Virus record (IMG/VR): IMGVR_UViG_3300005805_000251
Span: 1 to 34,618 of that record
Direction: 5' to 3' (one strand)
Source: a virus
Lineage: Duplodnaviria; Caudoviricetes
Length of the DNA: 34,618 nt
The notes beneath the pieces were generated by a model. That model was not told the origin of the DNA and ran no database searches. It worked only from the letters and a program-made list of their open reading frames with translations. The position numbers and the translations under genes were made by a program. Positions 7,440-17,547 of this stretch are shown piece after piece (positions within the stretch are counted from its first letter, which is position 1; every line of letters starts with the position of its first letter).

Positions 7440-10400
7440 ATGCCTGATCAACAAATAGTAACTAGTATAGTTGCTAAATCTGATTTCTCAGATCTCCTTG
7501 CAGATTTGCAAAGAGTTAGCGGAAGCCTATCTAGATTACAACAGGAATTTGCTGGAGCCAATAGAGCTTTGGCTGGACAAATTTCTGCTACTAATGAAAT
7601 GTTTAAGCAGTCAATGCTTAAAACAGGACAATTTTCTTCACACTTCGTAAGCTTAACTTCAGATGTAGAAAAGTTTGGAAGAAATTTAGATAGTGGCAGA
7701 CTAAAGCTAAAAGATTATTTTAGAGTCTATCAGGACCATGTAAGAACGCATGGCGGCTTAGTAAGAGATCTTGCTAAGCAGCAGGTACAACTACAAAACG
7801 CAGTGCTACAGCCCCTAGGCAGAAATGCTCAGGGGCTAATGCAGTATAACGTACACATTCCAAGAGGATTAGATTTAACAAAAAATAAAACAGCTTTGCT
7901 AAAACAAGAATTAGCAATTATGAATAAAGTTATTCAAGACGGTGGAGTACAATTAATTAACTGGGGTAAAAATACACAATGGGCTGGTCGTCAGTTAACG
8001 GTAGGATTAACTTTACCACTTGTAGCATTCGGTAAAGCAGCATCTGATGCATTCAAAATAGCAGATCAAGAATTAACAAGATTAACAAAAGTTTATGGAG
8101 ATATAGCTGGAACATCTTCACAAGAATTAACAAGAATTAGAAAAGAAGTTGCAACAACAGCAAAAGAATTATCTTCTGCTATGGGAGTTAATTTTGGAGA
8201 AACTATAGCTCTTGCTGCCGACATTGCGGCAACAGGTAAAACGGGAAATGAATTACTAGCTTCTGTTTCTGAAACTACAAGACTTGCAGTCCTCGGTGAA
8301 GTTGATCGTCAAGAGGCTATGAAAGCAACTCTTGCAATACAATCAGCATTTAAACAGAATACAGATGAATTAGCACAATCAATTAACTTTTTAAACGCAG
8401 TTGAAAACCAAACATCAACCACTCTTAATGATTTAGTGGAAGCTATTCCAAAAGCTGGTCCTGTTATTAAAGGATTGGGTGGTAGCGTAGAAGATTTAGC
8501 CCTTTATCTTACTGCTATGCGAGAAGGCGGAATCAATGCATCAGAAGGTGCAAATGCACTAAAGTCTGCACTCGCATCTTTAATTAACCCAACAGATGTT
8601 GCAGTTGCAAAATTTCAAAGCTTTGGAATAGATCTTCTTGGCATTGTAAATAAAAATGCTGGCGATGTAACTGGAACCTTGATGTCTTTGCAAGGAGCAT
8701 TAGACAGGTTAAACCCGCTACAGAAACAACAAGCAATCGAACAGCTATTCGGCAAATTCCAATTTTCAAGACTTAACGCTTTGTTTGAAAACTTAGGTCG
8801 TCAAGGAAGTCAAACCCTTCAAGTTTTAGATCTAATGAAAGCAAGCGCATCAGAACTTGAATCAGTAGCTAGTCGAGAGTTAGCCGCAGTAACAGAGTCA
8901 GCATCTGGTAGATATAAAAGAGCGGTAGAAGGATTAAAAGCCGAGCTTGCAGGAGTTGGAGACGGGTTTTTAGATATAGGAACAAAACTAATAAATGTAT
9001 TAACAAAAATAATTGATTTCGGTCAAAAGCTACCAGACCCAATTAAAAAGCTAATGACATTCAGCGCAGTGTTTACAGCAATCATTGGCCCAGTAATTAT
9101 GCTCACTGGTGTTCTTGCAAACTTTTTTGGATATATTATAAAGGGTGTTGGACACTTCAAAGCATTATTTAAAGGTGCAGAAGGATTTAGATTACTAACC
9201 CCAGAAATAATGGCAGCAAAAAATGCTAGCTCAATGCTAGGAGATGAATTCTATACAGATGCATTGGCGGCAGATACTCTTAGAATTGCAATAAGAAAAC
9301 TTTCTGAAGATTTAATTTTGTTACAAAAGAATGCAATATCTGCAAAGACTGCTACATCTGGATTAGGTCAAACAATGACTACATCTGCTGGAGCTCCAAT
9401 AATGGTGATGGGTGGAGGAAGAGTAGCAGACCCAAACAATCCTTTAATAGGTCCACGATCTAGAGCAGCAGCACATTTAAATCCTAGAAACCCAAATGAC
9501 CCCGCAACCATATTTGGATTAACCTTGCAACCAATTCCAGTCAACAGAAGGATAGGTGCAAATCCTCAAATATTAATGGAGGATAGACTTGACGATATAG
9601 AGGGACTTACAACAATTGGAGGAGTCTCTACTGGTGTCGTAGCTGGAGAACATGCTAAATATCAAGCATTAATGGCAACACTTGGACTACAAAGTAAAAA
9701 AGAGATAGCAGACTTAAAGAAAACAATTAGAATGGGCGGATCTGTTTCTTCTGATTTTATGGCAACATTTGATGACATATTGCCAATTACTCAAGAGCTT
9801 ACGCAAAATGCTGCTAGACAGTCCGCTCAGATTGTCGCAGAATTACGTGCTGGAAAGATAAGCGTACAGCAAGCAAGAGATGCAATTATTGCAGTAAATG
9901 CTCAGTTGGAAAGAGATCTTGGAGTTAGAGTCTCTACATACGGAGCTGGCGTAGGAAGAACCATAGACCTCACAAAAGCACCTCTAATAGATCAGCCAGT
10001 AGTAGATGCCTCTGGAAAACCAAATACCCGTGGAATGTACCGCAAAGGAATTTTTGGAAAAATTATGGAGGCTGTTGGACGGGCAACAAAAACAAAAACA
10101 TTAGGCGGACCATATAGTATAGAAACCACTCGTAGATTAAATAAAGGTGGTGGAGTATTTTATAACAATGGAGATCAAGTCCCTGGTCCAAATGTAAACG
10201 CAGATGTAGTTCCTGCAATGCTTACCCCAGGAGAATTTGTAATTCGTAGAGATATAGCACAGCAAGATCCAGAAGGAATGAGAGCCCTAAATGAAGGAAA
10301 TGCAGTTGTAGTCCCTGTACAAAATAAAAATTTAGGTGGAGTAATTTTAAGAGCTTTACAAAAAAGAGCTAGGCAGATAGGCGCATCAAGAGCAAGATAT

Positions 10401-13400
10401 AAAGGTAGCGGAAGTGGGCCATCTACAAGAGATATAGCAGAGCCAGGATCTGGCTCTGTAAGATATGGTCAAATATATAAATCTGATTCGGCTAAGTGGG
10501 ACGATTTAACAGCTTATGGACTAAATGCTCCTAGCAGCTCTTCAGCCTTACTTCATGGAGCAGCAGCACCATTTAGAAAGAGAACTGCACATCTTCCAAA
10601 AGGACAATCAGAAACTGGAATTGCAACAAGATCTGAACTTAAAAAATTAGGAGTAGATGTATCTGGCTCTAAATATGAAGAGTTTATAGTTCTGCCAAAT
10701 AATTTTGTTATGTATACTGCAAGAAATTCTAAGGTGTGGAATAGCAAATTAAGAAATGGAACTGCTTTAGGAAGAGATTTCAAGGGACTAAAGCCAGGAG
10801 ATATGACATCTCTTGGCATAGCTTTAAAAGATGCAGGAGTTTCTCCCAAAGAAGCTGCGATTATTATGGCAAAAGCAGCAAAAGCATTCAATGCAGAAAT
10901 TAAAAGAAAGAAAAATGTAGATGCTGATTTTTTTGGAGACACTCTAGATAGAATTCAAAGAGAAACAGTAGCAAAACATTTTAAGATTTCTTTAAATCGT
11001 GGAGGAAGAATCCCTGGTTATAACCTTGGCGGAATGGTTCCAGGATATAATCGTGGAGGAAGAATCCCTGGTTATTTTAGAGGTGGCGGAATACGTGGCA
11101 TGGGAATGGGATCAATGTTGGCGTCCATGGCCCTTGGAAGCCTGGGCTACTCAGTAGGATCTAGATTTGGTGCAGCGGGCTCAATGATTGGATCTATGGC
11201 TGGCTCAATGCTACCAATGATGTTCTCAGACATGCGTATGGGTCGTATGGGTGTAGGACCAACACTAGAGCAAAGACTCGGAAGACCCTCAGCTATGGTA
11301 CCAAATCCAAATTTTGCATTTGGTTCTCCTATTTCTGCAACAAATCAAATGTATGCTTCATCTGCAATAGATCCAATTGCTGGAGGCAAAAAATCAATAT
11401 TTGCACAAGGTACACCATTTTTTGGTAGATATACAGACAGCGTTCAAAAAGCCGCAGGTTCATCAAGTAAATTTACGGCAACATTAGGAAAAATGGCTGC
11501 TGCATTATCAAGAACAAATATTGCCATAGGAACAGTTGTTACGGTAGCAGCATTAGCTAAAAAAGCATTTGACAAATATAATGATACTCAAAGAGTAAGC
11601 GCAGCAGAATTCGGATTCACAGCAGAGTCAGCGGCAAAGGCAGGAGTAAAATTTACTGACTATGGCGACAAGATAAAAGAAGCCGTTCAAGCTCAAAAAC
11701 TATTCATACAGCAAAATAAGCTAACTTATCAAAACTTAGCTTCTGCTGGCACTCCTTTTAAAATGTCAATAACAGAATATAAGGCGTTGAAAAAAGAAGT
11801 AAAAGAAACAATGCAGGCTCAAATAGAAATGTTAAATGCTGTTTCTAGATCTGATGTATCAAGAGTAGCAGTTCAATTAAAAGAACAGTTTATTGCAGCA
11901 GGAATGTCTGCAGAAGAAGCAACTAAAAAAATATTTACCTTGTTTCAAGTTTCTAATAAATCTCCACTGACATTTTCAGCTACGGGCACTTCAGCATTTA
12001 CAGATATTGTAGACGCACAAACAGCAGCAATAAGTGCTTTAAAAACATTTAATTATGCAAAGAGTTTTGAAAATGCAAAAGACGGAGCAACACAATTAAA
12101 CACAGCACTTAATGCAATAAATGCTGCTATTGAAGAAACTTATTCTAAAGCAGAAAAAGCTGCTAAGAAAAAGAATCAAATGTTTGATTCAACTAATGAA
12201 AAATATGAAGCGGAAAAGAAGGCCTTAGATCAAATTAATTTAAAGGTTAAAAATCAAGAAGCTCTTGGAGAAGACATATTCAATACATTAGCAGCTCAAG
12301 ATCCTTTAATTAGACAATTTGCTAACTCTCAAGATACAGTGGTAAGTCTATTCCAGAAAATGAGAATTCAAGCTAGAGGATTTACTGGAGACCTTGAAAA
12401 TTTAAATGCAACACAGACCAATAGATTATATGACTTTATAAATGCCACAGCTCAAGCAGTAGAAGATACTAATAAAAAAGGATTATTAAAGTCACAATAC
12501 GCTGAATATAATAGACTCTATGCATTACAAGAAAAAATGTCTAAAGCTGCCAAGGGACAAAGCGTAAAAGAACAAATAAGTACAAGAGATGCAATTCGTG
12601 CGATAGATGAGAAAATTAAGAAAATTAATGAAGAGGCTGATGCAAGAAGAAAAGCGTTAGAGGCTGCATATGATCAAGAAGATTACGACTTGCAATTACA
12701 ACAAGAGCAATTGGCTTATCAACAAGCAGTTGCTACAGGAGACATGACCTCTGCAGCAGAAGCTCAATTAAGAATACAAGATATTGTAAATCAAAGACAA
12801 AAAACTTTAGCTTTAGATCAAATAGAAGCAGATAGAGCATCTCAAGTTAAACCTCTTGAGGATAAAAAATCTGGAATTGAAAAGAAAGCTCAAGATCTAG
12901 CAGACGCAGCTGCATTAGCTGGAGAAAGTTTGCAATCTGTAAATGAAAAATTAGAAAAACAAAAAACAGCAATTGATAAAGTAAATTCTGCAATGACAGC
13001 CTATTTAGTAGGCCTTGAAACTGGCGCGAAGAATCTTAAAGGTTTGGCTGCAAATTTCTTGGCTGAAGCTAAAGCTGCTGGTGTAGCTACCCCAGAGTAC
13101 GTTTATACAGATGGTGGGAAGCCTATAAAATTTGATGATGCCTCAATTCTTCAACAGGCAAAAGCATTAAGTGATCAATTTGGTAAATTGCTTGATAAAA
13201 ATTTACAAGCTAATGGAGTCAATATTGAATCTGATGGAGACATATATATAAATGGTAAAAAGTTAGATCTATCAGATTCAAGACAGAACAAGGCAACTCC
13301 AGCTGGAACGACTTTTGGTGTCGATAGAAGAACAATAAAAGCAAAAACATTAGCGGAGGCCGCAAAAGAAGCTGAAACTGGAAAGAAAACTCAAACTTAT

Positions 13401-15014
13401 GTACCAGCGACTGGAGGACCTGGTTTTGATGTATTTGAATGGAACGGTAAGACATACGCAAGAGATAAGATGACTGGCGTAGTGTACCTGTTTAATCCAG
13501 ATACGAATACATTAGGCGCTAAGCAGAAATTAGCTAAAGGCGGAAAAGTAAAATATTTTGGTCCAGGCGGAAACGTAAGTGGCCCAGGAACATCAACTTC
13601 CGATTCAATTCCAGCAATGCTTTCAGATGGAGAATACGTAGTACGAGCTGCCGCCGTCGAGCATTATGGAGTAGACACCTTTGAAGCTATGAATGCTAAG
13701 AAACTAAAAGACGGTGGACCAATTTCTCCATATGATAGAAAAGGTAGGCCTACAGGAAGTCCTTATGGTTCTCGTTGGGGAGAACTTGTAAGAGACATTC
13801 ACGGTCTTGCCTATGGTAGAGATATTTGGGGCGGTACAGAAATTCCTGGATTAAAGTTTACTGGTAAGCACCCTCAGCATTCAGACTACTGGCATCAAAT
13901 GCAAGAACAGCCTAGAAAGCCTTTAAAGGGTAGTAGTCTAGGTATAGCAAAAGATGTGATGTCTCTATCAGGTTCCGTTCCATTTGAAGGACTTTTTGGT
14001 GGAGGAATTGGTTTTGGCGGAATGCTAACTATGAAAGACGGCGGAGAAGTAAAAAAACAAAACTGGTTCCAAAGATATGTTTCAAAATTAACAGAAACAC
14101 AAGATAAACTACCATCATTTGCTAAAGATCCATTTGGAATGGGACAACTATTAAGAAAATTTTCTGGACAAGGAAGAAGTGGAGATAATCCTGCTTTAGC
14201 TGCTGCTCTACTTCCTTTAAACTTTACTGGGCTAGGTCAAGGTGCTAAAGTTGGAAGTTTTGCCACTAAATTTAAAGATTTTGATATAAATTTTACTCCT
14301 GGAACAGTGCCTTCTTTAGATACAGTAATCGCATATCATAAAAATGCCCCAGTAAAATTAAAAGATTATTTTGATGCTATTAAATCTGGTGCTAAGTGGC
14401 CAAACATCACAGAGCATCCAGCCTATGAAGCAGGAGGATCTCTTAACGCCCTTAGAGCATATGTTGCTGGATCAAATAAGCCAGTTGGTGAATTATCATG
14501 GGATCCTTTTAGCGGAACAGTATTAAGCCTGGGTGTTGACAGTGCATTTAGAAGACAAGGTCTTGCTAGTAAGTTTTGGGAAATTGCTTCAGGATTAGGA
14601 CCGATATCTCACTCAGCAGTAAGATCTCTTGAGGGTGACGATTGGGCAAGAGCTGTAGGAGGCAACTTGCCAGACCTGCAACATTTAGTTCCTAAAATGG
14701 CAGGCGGAGGATATGTAAATCCTACATACTCTGCTAATATGAGTATTCCATCATTTGACGACGGAGTAAATAATATATATACTGATATGATAGCTAAGGT
14801 TCATAAAAACGAGGCAGTAATCCCAGCGGAGTTTAATCCATGGAACCCCTCAGCATCAAATCCACTGGGCGGAACCTATACGATAAACAACCAAGTATCA
14901 GTACAAGCAGCACCAGGAATGAATGAAGAAACACTAGCTAATTTAGTTGCACAAAAAATAGAAAATGCTAATAAGCAAACTATGGCTAAGATAGGAATAA
15001 ATAGGAGTAGATAA
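7440..15014 (+). CDS. Tape measure protein (2524 aa) with C-terminal accessory domains
   Basis: Longest ORF, directly after the chaperones. TP901-type core (GKNTQWAGRQL..., ASEGANALKS), Ala/Gly-rich helical stretches, hydrophobic segments, and GPGTSTSDSIPAMLSDGEYVVR motifs. Confidence 0.93.
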   Translation: MPDQQIVTSIVAKSDFSDLLADLQRVSGSLSRLQQEFAGANRALAGQISATNEMFKQSMLKTGQFSSHFVSLTSDVEKFGRNLDSGRLKLKDYFRVYQDHVRTHGGLVRDLAKQQVQLQNAVLQPLGRNAQGLMQYNVHIPRGLDLTKNKTALLKQELAIMNKVIQDGGVQLINWGKNTQWAGRQLTVGLTLPLVAFGKAASDAFKIADQELTRLTKVYGDIAGTSSQELTRIRKEVATTAKELSSAMGVNFGETIALAADIAATGKTGNELLASVSETTRLAVLGEVDRQEAMKATLAIQSAFKQNTDELAQSINFLNAVENQTSTTLNDLVEAIPKAGPVIKGLGGSVEDLALYLTAMREGGINASEGANALKSALASLINPTDVAVAKFQSFGIDLLGIVNKNAGDVTGTLMSLQGALDRLNPLQKQQAIEQLFGKFQFSRLNALFENLGRQGSQTLQVLDLMKASASELESVASRELAAVTESASGRYKRAVEGLKAELAGVGDGFLDIGTKLINVLTKIIDFGQKLPDPIKKLMTFSAVFTAIIGPVIMLTGVLANFFGYIIKGVGHFKALFKGAEGFRLLTPEIMAAKNASSMLGDEFYTDALAADTLRIAIRKLSEDLILLQKNAISAKTATSGLGQTMTTSAGAPIMVMGGGRVADPNNPLIGPRSRAAAHLNPRNPNDPATIFGLTLQPIPVNRRIGANPQILMEDRLDDIEGLTTIGGVSTGVVAGEHAKYQALMATLGLQSKKEIADLKKTIRMGGSVSSDFMATFDDILPITQELTQNAARQSAQIVAELRAGKISVQQARDAIIAVNAQLERDLGVRVSTYGAGVGRTIDLTKAPLIDQPVVDASGKPNTRGMYRKGIFGKIMEAVGRATKTKTLGGPYSIETTRRLNKGGGVFYNNGDQVPGPNVNADVVPAMLTPGEFVIRRDIAQQDPEGMRALNEGNAVVVPVQNKNLGGVILRALQKRARQIGASRARYKGSGSGPSTRDIAEPGSGSVRYGQIYKSDSAKWDDLTAYGLNAPSSSSALLHGAAAPFRKRTAHLPKGQSETGIATRSELKKLGVDVSGSKYEEFIVLPNNFVMYTARNSKVWNSKLRNGTALGRDFKGLKPGDMTSLGIALKDAGVSPKEAAIIMAKAAKAFNAEIKRKKNVDADFFGDTLDRIQRETVAKHFKISLNRGGRIPGYNLGGMVPGYNRGGRIPGYFRGGGIRGMGMGSMLASMALGSLGYSVGSRFGAAGSMIGSMAGSMLPMMFSDMRMGRMGVGPTLEQRLGRPSAMVPNPNFAFGSPISATNQMYASSAIDPIAGGKKSIFAQGTPFFGRYTDSVQKAAGSSSKFTATLGKMAAALSRTNIAIGTVVTVAALAKKAFDKYNDTQRVSAAEFGFTAESAAKAGVKFTDYGDKIKEAVQAQKLFIQQNKLTYQNLASAGTPFKMSITEYKALKKEVKETMQAQIEMLNAVSRSDVSRVAVQLKEQFIAAGMSAEEATKKIFTLFQVSNKSPLTFSATGTSAFTDIVDAQTAAISALKTFNYAKSFENAKDGATQLNTALNAINAAIEETYSKAEKAAKKKNQMFDSTNEKYEAEKKALDQINLKVKNQEALGEDIFNTLAAQDPLIRQFANSQDTVVSLFQKMRIQARGFTGDLENLNATQTNRLYDFINATAQAVEDTNKKGLLKSQYAEYNRLYALQEKMSKAAKGQSVKEQISTRDAIRAIDEKIKKINEEADARRKALEAAYDQEDYDLQLQQEQLAYQQAVATGDMTSAAEAQLRIQDIVNQRQKTLALDQIEADRASQVKPLEDKKSGIEKKAQDLADAAALAGESLQSVNEKLEKQKTAIDKVNSAMTAYLVGLETGAKNLKGLAANFLAEAKAAGVATPEYVYTDGGKPIKFDDASILQQAKALSDQFGKLLDKNLQANGVNIESDGDIYINGKKLDLSDSRQNKATPAGTTFGVDRRTIKAKTLAEAAKEAETGKKTQTYVPATGGPGFDVFEWNGKTYARDKMTGVVYLFNPDTNTLGAKQKLAKGGKVKYFGPGGNVSGPGTSTSDSIPAMLSDGEYVVRAAAVEHYGVDTFEAMNAKKLKDGGPISPYDRKGRPTGSPYGSRWGELVRDIHGLAYGRDIWGGTEIPGLKFTGKHPQHSDYWHQMQEQPRKPLKGSSLGIAKDVMSLSGSVPFEGLFGGGIGFGGMLTMKDGGEVKKQNWFQRYVSKLTETQDKLPSFAKDPFGMGQLLRKFSGQGRSGDNPALAAALLPLNFTGLGQGAKVGSFATKFKDFDINFTPGTVPSLDTVIAYHKNAPVKLKDYFDAIKSGAKWPNITEHPAYEAGGSLNALRAYVAGSNKPVGELSWDPFSGTVLSLGVDSAFRRQGLASKFWEIASGLGPISHSAVRSLEGDDWARAVGGNLPDLQHLVPKMAGGGYVNPTYSANMSIPSFDDGVNNIYTDMIAKVHKNEAVIPAEFNPWNPSASNPLGGTYTINNQVSVQAAPGMNEETLANLVAQKIENANKQTMAKIGINRSR
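10995..11099 (+). repeat. 27-bp (9-aa) tandem repeat within tape measure
   Basis: AATCGTGGAGGAAGAATCCCTGGTTAT is identical at 10995-11021 and 11049-11075, with diverged units between and after (NRGGRIPGY NLGGMVPGY NRGGRIPGY FRGGGIRG). Confidence 0.9.
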
Positions 15015-15451
15015 TGCCAGCCTTAATACTGCCAGTAGGATCACTTATTACAATGAATGGTAATAATCTATCAGAGCATAACCGTGCTCCAGTTACAGTA
15101 TCAATTAATAGAATTGAAAAAGTTCAAAGAATGAGTAACGGTACGCTACGCAAATTTAGCATAGCTGATAAAAAAATAATTAGTGCTTCTTGGTCAAATT
15201 TGCCATCAAGAAGTAATTACACTGTAGATGGTTTTTATGGAGCAAGGGATATTAAAGACTTTTATGAAAGCTCTGCTGGCAAAGGCACATTTGCTTTAAC
15301 GGTTAAATATGGCAGCACAGCAAATGCAGAAAATTTAATTGTTGTTTTTAATTCTTGTTCTTTTGAGTTAGTAAGAAGAAATGCTAAAGTATTACCAACA
15401 GATACTCCGCAAGAATTGTGGAATGTATCCCTTTCGTTTGAAGAGGTATAA
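15014..15451 (+). CDS. Putative distal tail (Dit-like) minor tail protein
   Basis: 145 aa, coupled to the tape measure stop. 'RMSNGTLR...K..ISASWSNL' and a C-terminal 'VSLSFEEV' resemble lambda gpM-like distal tail proteins. Confidence 0.6.
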   Translation: MPALILPVGSLITMNGNNLSEHNRAPVTVSINRIEKVQRMSNGTLRKFSIADKKIISASWSNLPSRSNYTVDGFYGARDIKDFYESSAGKGTFALTVKYGSTANAENLIVVFNSCSFELVRRNAKVLPTDTPQELWNVSLSFEEV

Positions 15452-17547
15452 TGATTCAGGCGCCAGATGCATTAAAGAATAAAATAAATCAAAGTAGTAA
15501 TATTCAAATTGGAATAGGCGCTACTCTTGATATTAACTGCAATACTTTGCTATCGTTTAGCGACGATGATTTTACTGGTGCAAATTATTATTCTTCGTCA
15601 ACTGGATCACAACCATTTAAACTTTTATTCCCTATAGATTCAATAGTAAAGCCTTTTAGACCAGAAAGATATGGCATCAAATACGGAATATTTGGAGATG
15701 TAGGCAGATGGACATATAACAATCCAAGAGCAACAAAATATAAGGTGCAAGTTTCTCCAGTCGCTACTAGGGATGCTTTATACAGAACATATTGTCCATC
15801 AAAAAATTTATATTATAAGTATTATGTAACTCAAAAAAATGCAAATGCTGATATATCTATAAGATATTACAATTCGGCAGAAGCAATTTCAAAAAACAAT
15901 AGACCAGTTCCTGCAAATAAAGTTGTATTAAAATTTGAATTATCTCATTGTACTCCAACATCTTGGTCTATATTTGTTAATGGAACAGACGTAACTGCTT
16001 CAATGTCCAAAACTATACCAGCAGATGGAGTTATTTCAATATATTATAACGGCACAACTTGGAGTAGAACTGAGTCAACCTTAAATTACGATGCACAAGT
16101 AAATATAAATACTTTAAGAGTAACAGCAACCAACCCAGGAGACAATAATTATATTGGCATTATAGAGGTTGCTCCACACTGGATAAAAGATTTAACAGAT
16201 AGAATGGTTTCTTTTGGAATACAAAAAGAAGCATCTTCTCAAATTCAGGACATACTTCCAGTAGGAAATGCAACAGCAAACTCTTTGGAAATGGAACTGA
16301 ATTCTTATGGCAATACAAATATACTTTTTAAGTCGTACAGCCCAGAAGAAACAATTGCAATAAATAATAATTATATTTACATGGTAAAAAAAGCAGAGAT
16401 AAAGCCTTATTATAAAATATATGATGCTGCAGGGACTTCAACTGACTCTAATGGAAATTATTTTAAAATTTTACAAGGAACATATTATTTAGACAATTGG
16501 AAGATAACAGAAACTGGTGAGGTTAATTTATTTGCTTTAGACGCTGCAAAATTTTTACAAGAAATAGTTTGCCCAGACATCTTGTGCGATAATTATTCTG
16601 CTACTGCTGTTTTAAGAAGAATTTTAGATTCAGTAGGATTCACTACATACAATTTTAATCTAGCAGATGAAGATTACTCTATTGCATCATTTGATTGGTG
16701 GTGGAGCGACGGTACAAAAACAGCATGGTCAGTTATTCAAGAAATTTGCAACGATATACAAATGTCAGCAGTTTTTGATGAGAATAATATCCTTCAGTTC
16801 TATAGTAGAGATTATATATTTAAAAAGAAACCAACTCAAGAACATGACTGGATTTATAGAAATAAAATAGACGGAAGCAATTTGCCAAATATAGTATCTT
16901 TAGAATCTGATTTCATACCTGCTTCAAACAATATTAAAGTTTTGTACAATTCTGCTTATGTTGCTGGATATGAGCAAAGCAATAAGTCTTTAGCTGAAAT
17001 AGATAAAACTTCTTTAGCAGCAGCATTTTTAACAGCAGATTTACCAAGCACTGCAACTGCTGGATCGTATATGTCTCTGGAACCAATTTCTCCTTCATTT
17101 AAACCAGAAGAAGTTAAAATAAGGGAAGTTTTGCAAAGCTATTCTGGGTATTTGTTAATAAATGAAGAAATAATAGAATATGATGCTATTGAATACGAGT
17201 ACAACGGAATAGACGGAACTGGCAGAAAAATAGCAGTAATAACCAGTCAGTCAGATTTTTTAAAGTTTAGAGGAGAAGCACAAGTTTTGGAATCACAAAT
17301 AGCATTTGTGCCAACAGGAAGATATAGAATTAAAACAAGAGGAGCCTTTGGAACTAAAATTCCAAGTGTCCATTCAAAAACTCCAGATGGAGTACCACAC
17401 GGATGGGTCGGATATCAAGACGCCATACTAGCGCCCTCAGTAGTTGGCGGAAATAATCAAGGATCTGGGAATTATGGAAATCAAAATGACTCTACCGAGT
17501 TGGCGTATCTACCAGCATATGGAGTAATTAAAAGGATTCCAGTATGA
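15451..17547 (+). CDS. Minor tail protein / baseplate hub, N-terminal part
   Basis: Position after the Dit-like gene. 'VNLFALDAAKFLQ...AVLRRILD...TAWSVIQEIC...AVFDENNILQF' resembles the N-terminal half of hub (Tal/gp27-like) proteins. Confidence 0.6.
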   Translation: MIQAPDALKNKINQSSNIQIGIGATLDINCNTLLSFSDDDFTGANYYSSSTGSQPFKLLFPIDSIVKPFRPERYGIKYGIFGDVGRWTYNNPRATKYKVQVSPVATRDALYRTYCPSKNLYYKYYVTQKNANADISIRYYNSAEAISKNNRPVPANKVVLKFELSHCTPTSWSIFVNGTDVTASMSKTIPADGVISIYYNGTTWSRTESTLNYDAQVNINTLRVTATNPGDNNYIGIIEVAPHWIKDLTDRMVSFGIQKEASSQIQDILPVGNATANSLEMELNSYGNTNILFKSYSPEETIAINNNYIYMVKKAEIKPYYKIYDAAGTSTDSNGNYFKILQGTYYLDNWKITETGEVNLFALDAAKFLQEIVCPDILCDNYSATAVLRRILDSVGFTTYNFNLADEDYSIASFDWWWSDGTKTAWSVIQEICNDIQMSAVFDENNILQFYSRDYIFKKKPTQEHDWIYRNKIDGSNLPNIVSLESDFIPASNNIKVLYNSAYVAGYEQSNKSLAEIDKTSLAAAFLTADLPSTATAGSYMSLEPISPSFKPEEVKIREVLQSYSGYLLINEEIIEYDAIEYEYNGIDGTGRKIAVITSQSDFLKFRGEAQVLESQIAFVPTGRYRIKTRGAFGTKIPSVHSKTPDGVPHGWVGYQDAILAPSVVGGNNQGSGNYGNQNDSTELAYLPAYGVIKRIPV

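Noticed and set aside
17520-17547. Frameshift or sequencing error fusing the two hub ORFs
   Set aside because: A TAA at 17529-17531 closes the downstream frame, there is no phased slippery heptamer, and the second ORF has its own SD and an ATGA overlap.
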